Shown piece after piece: positions 25,301 through 35,838 of a stretch of 64,000 nt of DNA. The position numbers and the translations under genes are program-made. Location of the stretch: contig CM060734.1 of the NCBI GenBank assembly GCA_030704615.1, positions 34,100,001 to 34,164,000 of the forward strand. The letters run 5' to 3'. The notes below the pieces were generated by a model that searched no databases, had not been told where the DNA came from, and saw only the letters and a list, made by a program, of their open reading frames with translations. This DNA comes from Takakia lepidozioides (lineage: Eukaryota; Plantae; Bryophyta). Positions within the stretch are counted from its first letter, which is position 1; every line of letters begins with the position of its first letter.

Positions 25301-26601
25301 ACTGCATAAGTAAATTCTGGGTGTATTGGACGCTGTCGAAATTGTCTTGGCAATGGGGACACTGCTGCTCAAGGGCCTCAGGGCGAGTGATTCCTCGACC
25401 CGAGAGAGCCCTAGATCACTGTGTACAGTCCATGGATCAATATTCGACTTGATTGGAATGTTCAACAAACAAGTAGAGCTATAGATTTTGCGACCTGTCA
25501 TAATTATTATCTGCATATGTTTTACAGAATAAAGAAGGAAGTTTGCATTCTAAATGTAAAGTCTCTCCTGACCGTATATGCTTTAAAATCTTTCTGTAAA
25601 ACGGAGACAACAACTGTCTTACGGTTCATAGGCGTGCACACCTGCAGGTTCGTGCAGTCGCCAATCTCTGGGGGAATGCTTCCGTTGAATAAGTTGTCTG
25701 AAATATTAAGAGACGAAAGAGCTGTGAGGTTGGCTACTGCAGAGGGTATTGGGCCTCTTAGGTGCAAAGAAGTGAGGTTGAGAGCTGTCACACGAGTTTC
25801 GCCATTCCAATCTCGGCATGTGACGCCACTCCATCCGCTGCATGGACCTGACGAGTTATTTTCCACCCATGTCTGTAGGATGGAATTGACTGCGGAATTA
25901 TATGATGCTAAGGCTTCCTCCATAGACAGGAGCACTGCTTGGTCCTGGCTCAGATCAGGTGACAAGGCTGCCGACTGTAGCCCAGATATAGACTGCAAAC
26001 CTGAAAGCATAAAATCAATTAACATTAGGTGTGGCCAGCCCACTTGAAGTAAGCAATATGAGTTCCACCGATCATTAAGCGGTGACTATCACAACCGAAA
26101 ACTACTTCTGCATATCGTTTATTCAGCTGACAACACATGTGTATCTACCTCGGCTTTGAGTGTGCCAATGATAGCTTCGAAAACCCAATTTCCAAGAAAA
26201 GTGGCCAGTCTCACTTCAAATATAGAGTCACCTCGAGAGTGGTCGACCTTAATTCGGCTATGGGGCCTTGTGTGTGACCTGGTTTGTGTTGGACTCCCAT
26301 GTAGGTGACTTGTTGGTGCTGCTGCGACTCGTAATGACATACTTAGGACTACCCATGTGAAGATGGACAACCAATGTAGCAGTTTGGAACGAGATATGGC
26401 CAGGAGAGGGCTCAGCTGAAGGACGCTATTTCCTGAAACATTGGAAGCCAGTTTCCCGCACCTTTGTGCATCTGATGTGAAACCTACTGAAGCCCCCTCT
26501 TTCAGAATCCCGTGACAGCAACGTCTAGTGCACTGTAACCTATCGCTTGGGATCTTATTTAAGGAAAAGCTTTCAGAAGTATGCCGATTCCTCTTCTCCA
26601 T
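22393..26601 (-). CDS. LRR-X receptor-like Ser/Thr kinase with NILR1/At1g74360-type island domain; exons 26601-26232, 26000-25642, 25284-22393
   Basis: LRRNT PCSGWSGVTC, many LxxLDLSxNxLxGxIP repeats, island GLGECMIVSTWIPANSQPF..C..W, cap YTGDPNLC, TM IIVLGIVLWALWAFISVGLCLV. Complete RD kinase (GDGGFG, VAIKK, HRDMKASN, DFG, GTPGYVPPEY). Splice phases are consistent (G|GTGACT...TTTCAG|GT phase 1; CAG|GTGTGC...GCCAG|GTT phase 0). Confidence 0.93.
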
Positions 26602-28709
26602 GATTGAGTCCGGCCCAGAGCCCCCTGTCAAAATTGTCTTCTTGCGAGGTCCCCTCTTCCTTGGGAACTCTTGCCGGTCATAAATGCGTCACTCAGATTC
26701 TTAGTTGGGATCTCCTCCGTACTATCTTCTTGAAGTGTATGCACCGCTCCTCCACGCGAGCTCCACAGGTTCTTGGCACAACTGCGCTTATTGACATTTC
26801 CTCTCCAATGAGGCTTGTTCATCTCATCTGAAGGGTCAGACATTAGTTTGAACACAGACATATAACAAAAGGAGTTCGAAGACACTTCGAACAGAAAGAC
26901 GATCAAAAGCGAACCGCGAGAAGGGGAGGATAATCAAGTAGATGGTAAAGTACTGAAAGACCCTTGAAGATTAAAGGGTCAGCGGACTTCAGTGTCGAGA
27001 CCTTCTCCGCAAGCGAACAACACCGAAGGACGGACTTGCAGGTGCAGGGTGACAACCGACTGCACACGAGGACATTTCGTGTTTGATCTAGACTGTGGTC
27101 ATTACACTACACTTGCCGTTGTGGACCCACCAGCGGGAGAGCGACAAAGAAGGGTCGACGGCTGGACCCCACGTTGTATTGAAAAAACAGCCTGATGACG
27201 CCATAGCCCACTTATTTCTTGGGCGCTCATGAATTCAAACTTCTGACAACTTGACTAGACGATTTGGAGCTTCTTCAGACCGTGGCTACTAGACACAACT
27301 GGATGTTATCACGGATCCAGCACTGTGGTTGTTTCGTTGTTTCATATTACCACATTCGATGAATCAGGCTCGACAGCTACCATTCACAATCCCCAGAACA
27401 CGAACACTGTTTCAGGAGCATGCATCGTGGCAATCCCCATTAAGTCACGATTAGTGAATGATGTTGATCTCGCCCAGTATAGTAATCACCAAGTTATACA
27501 ATATTAGGTTGTATGCCTCTCTCATTTAGTTCATACTATTGTTGGCTCGGGTTTATCTTTATGACGATTCAACCAACGAGGCGCAGATACTAAGGCAATG
27601 ATCGTCACTCGCAATGTGTCAGTCAAACTTGTACACTTGCGACTCAGTACGGCATGTTCGATCTTTCTTCTCTCTTCAAAGAAAAGCTCCACATTTGTGA
27701 GTTGAATCAGCAGATACCTAAACGCTTTCCTGGCCGTCGCTCTCAGCATCCTGCATATGCGATTCGAAACATCAGCTGGGTTTGTAGTTGGGTTTGTCGT
27801 TGAATGAATCTCTTTGCCACATGTCACATCACTGAACAACGCTGGAATAGCTCGATCGATTCTCCAAAAACACGGACTGGTTGTCGACACACAGACACAC
27901 GAGGGGCTTATTGGTCTCCACGACCATCGCCCCACCTTTCTCTCGTAAGTATGTTTGTTATGACTTTTCGGGTCCAGTGAGATGTAAAATACGCCGCCCG
28001 CACTGGACATTCCACTGTATACGAAAACTGGAGTCTTGCATTTTGATTCTTGGAGTTTTCGAAGCCTCCCTTGTTGAACTGGTTAACAGGTCCGGAATAC
28101 ATTAGTAATATTTGGTGGTAGGACTTCTGATTATTTGAAACTTTACACGTGGTCTAAAAAAAATTGCACATTATGGGTGTAGTGTTTTACTGGTATCTAA
28201 TATTATTGACTATAACCATTCTTGCACTGTCTATACCTAAGTTTTTCCTCACAAAAAGGGTCCGATACTGGTGTTAGGTACCAAATTTTGTGACCACCTT
28301 CTAGGCGGATAGGGTATCGCCCATAATATTAGTAAGCACAATACTGGGCCAATATGGGCATATGCTAGGTAGTGATGCTAGCTGATACCAGACTGGTCTT
28401 GTACTTCATATTATGATACCAGTATACCAGTCCACATTGTTACAAACATTAGCAGCCAATTTTGAATCTTTAGGTTAGAGTTGTCTCTAGACATTATCGA
28501 TCATCAATGGACCCCGGACGGTGGCAGATGTTGAAGGATTCAACTTTTTTTTATTTTTTCTTTTAAAGGGAAATACCTGGGAGCAAAAGCTCACAAATCA
28601 GGCCCCTTAATTATAGTGAGAGGAGAAAAGAACAAAAGAACCTCTTTCACAGTACCGTGAAGGCTTTCGCATGGGACAGCACCGAAGGGAGGGGGAGAAA
28701 AACATACCA

Positions 28710-28788
28710 CAGCCGTCAATGTAGCAGGATTCAACCCCACAATCATCTGGGTGGCACTCAGTGGTCTATCCAACTGAGCTACTGACTG
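28710..28788 (-). mobile_element. tRNA-derived (SINE-head-like) sequence with a GCC anticodon-like loop
   Basis: A box TAGCTCAGTTGG and B box GGTTGAATCC with tRNA spacing. Anticodon and acceptor stems are imperfect. A homologous copy lies at 52583-52633. Confidence 0.65.
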
Positions 28789-28805
28789 TTGGTAGGACAA
28801 ACCTA

Positions 28806-29360
28806 CCGTCTCAACCGTTTTAGGCATTTTTGCGCCTAATAATTATTAAAAACCAAACAGACTGCTTAGGCACGTTTCTCAAACCATTTCTCACATTAGG
28901 CATCTTCATGCTATAAGTTTTTCGAATTAGGCACATGAGGAGAAAACATTTATTTTCTTAAGAATAAAAATACAAAATAGAAACCCAATGCCCCTTGTCC
29001 AATGCCAATAGGCCCAGCTAAAATCTCCTCCAAGCTTGTAGGCTCCAGCTACCCTTCATTTCCGTGCAAAACCTAAAAATGCACCTCTTTGTTGGGCTCA
29101 AGCGGTGCTCCAAGGCTCAAGTTGGTACAATGCTCACTAAGTCACTAGTGGTAAGCAAAAATTTACTTGATTTCAATATTGGCCGGTAGAGTGCTCTTGA
29201 ATAGTGGTAAGCTACAAGCTCTTGCTTCGCTCACAGTTTTTTGCTGGAATTTTAGGCATTAGGCACTTTGGTCATTAGGCCAAAATTTGAAACATTCCCA
29301 AAACGCGTTAGGCACTTTCAATTTGAATAAATTATCGCCTAAATGGTTGATAACGGACGG
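28806..29360. mobile_element. Tc1/mariner-type MITE with TA target-site duplication
   Basis: Left end TA|CCGTCTCAACCGTTTTAGGC matches the reverse complement of the right end, TA|CCGTCCGTTATCAACCATTTAGGC. TA at 28804-28805 and 29361-29362. Internal TTAGGCA motifs repeat. Confidence 0.75.
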
Positions 29361-31866
29361 TAATGTTGTGCGAGATATTTAAGCCCTACGCTCCGGATAA
29401 TACATTGTCCTAAAATAAATACCCTCTGGTCAGGGCAATTTGCTATTTCTGATACCTTGGGGGTAGGTATAGTACAGTGTTGGACTGGTATACCTGGTTT
29501 AACCTAGGTATGGAATACAGGTATGAATATATGAAGAACATACCAGTCGGGTATGAAAGAACCAGTGTACCCATGTGATACACGTACTGGGGGAGTATGG
29601 CTTTAGGATTCCCCGCACACATACCATACCAGTCTGGGTATATGGAGGAATAGCATGGTCCCGATACCAGTATTGCGGTGAGTTCATGGCGAATGGAGGT
29701 AGGTATGAGTATATGTTAGTGCAGTTAGTTATACCCTGTACTACAATTTGGTTAATTCAAGGCTCCATGTTGCAATTTAGACTTCATTTGCTGCTACTTT
29801 GGGTTACCTTTGCCTAGTGTTTCACGGCTTGGATTAAAATTAACTATGTGCTAAATGACATTTATTTCTATGTATGGTGAGCTGTAGAAATACCATACCA
29901 GTGCTCATACCCCCCCGTATCACTACAGAGAAAGGGCAATACCAGTACCATACTCATATACAGCCCAAAGTACAACTACTCATACCAGATTCATACCCAA
30001 GTTGCTCATACCTGTATAGAAACCTATACCAGCCTGGTATGAAAAAGGGGTGGGACCCTTCATACCAGGACCAGTCTGGTATTAAAAACATACCAGTCCA
30101 ACACTGGTATAGTACTTGTTTTAACTTGCAAGGATATGTATAGTATGTTTTGTATGGCGGGTACATTTAGTATAGATAAAAATACGTACCCTATGAAGTA
30201 CCAGGTGGGTAAATGACGGGTAAGTTCATAATGGGTATGTAGCAGGTTTTTTAATAATATCATAAAATATGACAGTCATGACAATCTGTAGTCAGAAATT
30301 TGCATGACGCATGCATAAGGGGGTAGGGATAAATATACCCTTGTTTACAACGTCCCCTCATATTTATAAATTAGATCATCCGCTTAGATACTAATAACAC
30401 ATATATGTCTGTCATAAAAGTCTAATATCCGGATATTGAATATTGGTGGGTCTGGTAGTTATGTTCAAATCCACTTGTGCGGATATAAGCCCTTTGGGCG
30501 TATCAAGGTGAAACATATACCCGCACAATACATTGGATTGAGCTACTGTTGGGCAGTCCTTTGATTTGTATAAGAACCTATGGTTGTGGTTTGGATGTGG
30601 TGCCTCCTAGAGATCTGGTCTGAATGCTCCCACTAAATTTCTATTTTGCACCTTAGGCAGTAGTCTCAATTCCAACCTCATCATAGAAGAGAAACAAACA
30701 CGACAAACCAAACATGCAATTATATTTTTAAATAAATTGCTTTATTGTTTTAAAGTAAAGATCCACAACGGCATGGGAGCAGGTAATGGCGGGATCGCAA
30801 TAGGGTCCGGGGATTATGAGGAGGTTTCTTTTGGTAGCAAGTGCACAATTGTCAAGAATGGAACTTGCAATAATTTGCGGCCTCCTCAAGATGGTGGTGC
30901 TTAAAGAATTGCTGGCCTTTGGGTTCCAAGTCCAGACCTGTTCCAAACATGTTCTTATTTACTTGCCGTTGTTTCGAAAATTGGAACTCACGTAGGGAGA
31001 TCAAAATGACAGAATGACGTGAAAAAAAGTAGAATAGAAAGCTAATTTTTGGCAGAAAAAATCACATGCACACACTTCATACATATATATGGACCAACCA
31101 GTTTTGACTGTGCCCACCTGCATTGGAAATAAGACACTGCAATATTTGATTGTAGCTATACATAGCTATGCCGACTTCAACAACCTACTCGATCTCTCTA
31201 CCGCCTTCTCTATACAACCTTCCGAGTTGGCAGTGCAGGCCTCTAAGTTACAACCTTCTCTCTACAACCTTTGATAAAACAAAGAAAATGTAGAAAGCTT
31301 CATGACGGTTCCACATAGCAGTTGCATGCACGGTAGAAGTGGGCATTGCATGCAATGGCCGTGTGGGCCTACATGCAAGCCCATGATGTTGCATCCTGCT
31401 TCTCCACTTTGTCTCCTCCACTTTGAGAGAGAGGCTGTTGAGTGCGGTTACCCCATTGGGGGATTTGTTTTTCTCCAGTCCTTTTCTAGGTGAACGGATG
31501 GTCCCACTCCACCTCCCCACGTTCCAGGGGTCACTTTCCGTGTAGACCCGTTCTTGTGCCGTTAGTGTGAGGTAGAGTGAGCACGGGTTTGCACAGTACT
31601 TCCATGCATGCACACCCATGCAACCCTAACCGGTTCCGGCAATGCACCCCTCCGCTCAATGTGAGGCGGTCCGTTCTCTCATTATGACTTGCCCTAGCAG
31701 ATAAAAGAACATCGAATCCACTTACGAAAGAGGTCACCTATTCTTGTAAAGACCTGGGCCACATTTCCGTAGTGTATTTAGGGGGTGCTTATTTAGTGGA
31801 TTTTCCAGTCTGTCAGGGCAGTGCATTCTTTCGAAATGGAATGCATGATAGTTTACATTACGTATA

Positions 31867-31929
31867 AGGGGAAGGCCTCGAGGGGAGGCCCGAAAATCAA
31901 GGAACCCCAGATCCAAGAGGCCTTCCCCT
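31867..31929. repeat. 13-bp perfect inverted repeat (hairpin) downstream of the recombinase gene
   Basis: AGGGGAAGGCCTC (31867-31879) and GAGGCCTTCCCCT (31917-31929). Confidence 0.8.
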
Positions 31930-32367
31930 CCATAAATTAGCACGTGAAAATTTCGCGGTGCATTCCACCGGTGCTCCCACGTTTCAGGGGCGTTCCACCT
32001 GTGCGTATTGCCCTCCCTCGTCAATCGGGCTATTCTGCTCTGGGAGGAGCAGATATTAACAAAGAGAAAAATCTCAAAGTGCTTTATGCTGGGTGTAATG
32101 CACTGCTACTCATCTTTTATTCTCATTTCTTTTTCTTTACAGGTGTCTTTCTTTATCTCATCTTTTTGGAATTCCTTAAATAAAAATTGGCGCCACACAG
32201 AGTTGCATGAAACTGAAGGAGTTGTATTGTAAGAATGATCAATTTGATCGGCTACAATTGCCGTGTACCTGAAATTATCTGTATTCAAAGAATGCAAGCC
32301 TACATCTAAACAAAGATGCAACATTATGCTGTATCGAATCTACTAACAAATGTACTACAAATTCTAT

Positions 32368-33440
32368 CTACACAGCAGGCTTGTCCTCCGCAGGTCCCTT
32401 GTTAGCAAGCGCTGTTGGAAGCAGATTCGCAGCTTCAACAACATCACCTCCGACATTCAACGTAATGATGTTACAATTCTGGAGGTTATTAAAATTGTGC
32501 CCTGCATGAACACGAGTAGACGGTCCAGGAAAATGTTTGAGCATTGCTGAATTCGATTGCACCAACTCCTATTCGGCTTGTACGAAGATCTCATCAGGCA
32601 TATCATAGTAATTTTCATTGTTCCCCTACTTGGCAACAATCGCATGCACCCCAACATTCTTAGAAGGCAACCTATTCGGCACAATATCAGCAAGAGCCTG
32701 GCCATTTGCAGGAACCGTAACCAATTGCGATGAGGATCCCTGCTGGATCATCTCGTACCCCTCCACTTCGTCCTTCAAAGTATCCTGAAACAGTAAGGGA
32801 ATACCTTCCCGCTTTTCGCCAGAAATAATCTGTTGTGTAGCTCTGTCATATAACATCTTGTCAATCCGGGAGTATTTGTCATGATAACTCTCCTCATCTC
32901 TATGCTCTATGATTCCCATGCCAGTCCGGGAAAGGATAAGCGCCTCTTGCATCGTAGTAATATCAGTACTACGCCCAGATTTATTCGTCAATATCTTGCC
33001 CTCCAAGCCGGGGACTCCTGCTGTCATCCTTTTTGTCACCTAGCTAAGTGTGTTACGACCAACAGGACCCTTGGAGAACCAAACGAGATTATTGTATTTC
33101 CACTTCGCAAGTGGTGTTAAAAACAGGGGGTACGGTGATCCGGGTTCATCAACACCGAACATAGGTCGGCGAGCAATTAGCATTTCAAACGTATACATGA
33201 TGTCCGGAATCTGGCACAATACAGGTTTCCTCAAATTTTGCATGCCACACTTCGCAACCCCAACCTTGGTTGTCTTGGTAATCCCAGGCTTATACTTCAG
33301 CACCCTACCGAGCATAGGGCGAAGAAACCTAGCACGTCGATTGCGCCAGAACCAACGTCTCCTCATCGACTACCAGACAATCCGAGTTTTTGACTTTTGT
33401 ACCCAAGCCCGCATTAAATGCTCGCATGATAGCTTCATCT
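32368..33440 (-). pseudogene. Crypton/DUF3504-like tyrosine recombinase, degenerate
   Basis: DEAIMRAFNAGLGTKVKNSDCLVVDEETLVL..SSP, LKYKPGITKT, PLFLTP..WFSKGPVGRNTLS*VTKRMTAG..LTNKSGRSTDITTM..GIIEHRDEESYHDKYSR follows the DUF3504 pattern W(Y/F)xxxPVGxNTL..TNHSxR..GHRS..Y. In-frame stop at 33040-33042. The segment that should carry the first catalytic Arg appears deleted. Confidence 0.78.
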
Positions 33441-33859
33441 ATTTGAATTAAAATTAATTCAAATGTTAATAATATCATGGACAGTAATGTGTGATTGAAC
33501 TTTGTGAAATTATAAGTGATGTCATACTTGCTTCAAAATGTGACATATAAGATGTCCATTTGACATTGAAGTGCTTGTGAAGTTGCCATACTGAACAATT
33601 CATGGAACGTCCACTAGGAAGTCGAATGATGTAATATTATATTATGTAATCACGATAAAAAATGTGTCGAATCAAACATGGGTAGACTCATACTCTACCA
33701 TACTCGATATAAGTTGATAGTAATTTTGATTGAATCTTCATGTTGACAAGCACAATATTCAGAGACAATGCCATTGGAATGATGTTTTGGGTGTGAGAAG
33801 GGCAGTAAAATATTAAAATAGCTTGAAACATTAGGAAGATGACCTACTAGGGTAGTAAA

Positions 33860-35365
33860 ATAAGGTTTGGGGTGAAACTAGATATATTAAGTGCAATAAG
33901 GTCCAAGTTTGTGGTAACTCGGAGAAGGGTTTAGGGTTTTAAAGGGTTTAGGATAGAAAGAGATAAACAAATATGGAAGACTCACCTCCGTAGAATGTAA
34001 AAATGTAAGGAGAATTTGATATCTATGTAATCATTCTATCATACGTTATCCAACAAAATTAAAGAAAACATAAAAAGAGAATGATACAAATTTTACAAGA
34101 GGTAACATGGTAGTACAATAAGGTTTGGAGTTTAAGTAGGGTATTACACTAAGGTTTTTGGTATATGGTAAGAGTAATGGTTTAGGGTGCTAAGGGTCAC
34201 ACTTAAGCTTAGGGTAAGGATTAAGGGAAGGGTAAAGGGAAGGGTAAGGGTTTAGGGTTTGGATTTAGGGTAGAAAGGGACAAACAAATATGGAAGACTC
34301 ACACATGGTAGTACAATAACTGGGTTTGGAGTGTAAGTAGGGTAGTACACTAACCTCGTTTTTGGTATATGGTAAGAGTACTAATGGTTTAGGGTAGTAA
34401 GTGTCAGGCTTAAGCTTAGTGTAAGGATTAAGGCCAGGGTAAAGGGAAGGGTGGATTTAGGGTTTGGATTTAGGATAGAAAGGGACAAACAAATATGGAA
34501 GACTCACACATGGTAGTACAATAACTTGGTTTGGAGTGTAAGTAGGGTAGTACACTAACCTGGTTTTTGGTATATGGTAAGAATAATGGTTTAAAGTAGT
34601 AAGTGTCAGGCTAAGGATTAAGGCCAGGGTAAGGGTTTAGGGTTTGGATTTATGGTAGTACACAAAGGTTTTTTATATATGGTAAGAGTAATGGTTTAGG
34701 GTACTAAGGGTCTGGCTTAAGCCTATGGAAGGGTTAAGGGAAGGGTAAAGCGAAGGGTAAGGGTTTAGGGGTGATGGTAAAGGTATAAATGGACAAACAA
34801 ATATGGAAGACTCGTACTCACTAAAACTTGGTGTGTATAATTATGGTAAAACAATGAAAATAAAAATGGAGAAACAAATATTATGGAAGAGTCATTGAGA
34901 CGGACAAATATTTAAATTAACGACTCGTTGTTGGAACCTGGTCTTAAGATACATAGAATACACACTAGTATATAAACTTGGTAAGTGCATGTGAATCCAA
35001 AACAAACGAGAAAAGTAGCATAAAAAGGAATGGAGAAGAGATTTGGATTACCATAAGGTCCATAACCATTATTGGTTATGGTACATTGGATAGTACAATC
35101 CTATTTGCAAAAGGAATGGTAAGGGTTTAGGGATAAATGCTTAAGGGTCTTTTAGGGTAAAGGGTTTTACTAGGATAAGGGTTTACTAAGGTAGGGGTTT
35201 TGGTTTAAGTTAGAAATGGACAAACAAACATGGAAGACCATTTGTCGCTAGACATAGACTCGCTTAGAGGTCCAGGAAAAGGAGGAGAACATGAGAGGTA
35301 TAAGTTAAGGAGTGGCAAATTGAAAAGTATGGCAATAATGATAGGGTAAGGGTCCTCTTAGTGGG
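33860..35365. repeat. Complex tandem repeat rich in telomere-like TTTAGGG/GGTAAGGG motifs
   Basis: The anchor GACAAACAAATATGGAAGAC recurs at ~33962, 34279, 34484, 34792 and 35219. Many GGGTTTAGGG and GGGTAAGGG motifs, all G-rich on the + strand. Confidence 0.85.
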
Positions 35366-35653
35366 ATACCTTAGTTGGAGACTTGGCTTGAGTCAAGTGC
35401 AAGCACTGAGAGACGGACTGGAATTGGCGCAATGACGAGACATTGGAAAAAAACATTTAGACTGGATTGGAAAAGAAAGACTCCAGGGGTTGTGCCAACA
35501 TTTTTGTTTTTTTGGTTGCACTGTCTGTTTTGTAAGCCAGAATCCCCCACACGAATATTTGTAGATGAACAGAATGTACAGCAGTGCAGAGTCCAGCACG
35601 TCAAGAAAAAAAAAAAACGTCCACTGCCCACTCGAGATTCAGTGCGACAGAAA

Positions 35654-35692
<39 letters not shown>

Positions 35693-35700
35693 AAAAATAA
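35654..35700. repeat. (AAT)n microsatellite
   Basis: About 10 AAT units followed by AAAT repeats. Confidence 0.9.
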
Positions 35701-35838
35701 AAAATCTCCCAACGCAAACACGAAGGGAAAAAAACGTAAAGAAATTTTTTTATCTTAAAACGAAGAACCGGAAATGACCTCAACATTTAGTCCATTGACG
35801 GAAAGTGGTTCGCAAGAAGACAATCTTCAAGTATCTGG

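Larger units (their letters stand above)
28150..30250. repeat. Non-autonomous DNA-transposon-like sequence rich in ATACC/GGTAT motifs (28150-28440 and 29450-30250), apparently interrupted by younger insertions
   Basis: Dense CATACC/GGTATG/ATACCAG motifs in both orientations, no credible coding capacity. Termini not identified. Confidence 0.45.

Noticed and set aside
22393-26601. Calling the kinase BRI1, EMS1 or PSKR
   Set aside because: The island domain does not resemble the BRI1 type; orthology needs a phylogeny, so no gene symbol is given.
28710-28788. Functional tRNA-Gly(GCC) gene
   Set aside because: The anticodon stem has two mismatches, the T-loop is not TTCRA, and the acceptor stem is out of register.
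33860-35365. True telomere or chromosome-fusion scar
   Set aside because: There is no pure (TTTAGGG)n run; the motifs are dispersed within longer repeat units and show no head-to-head inversion.
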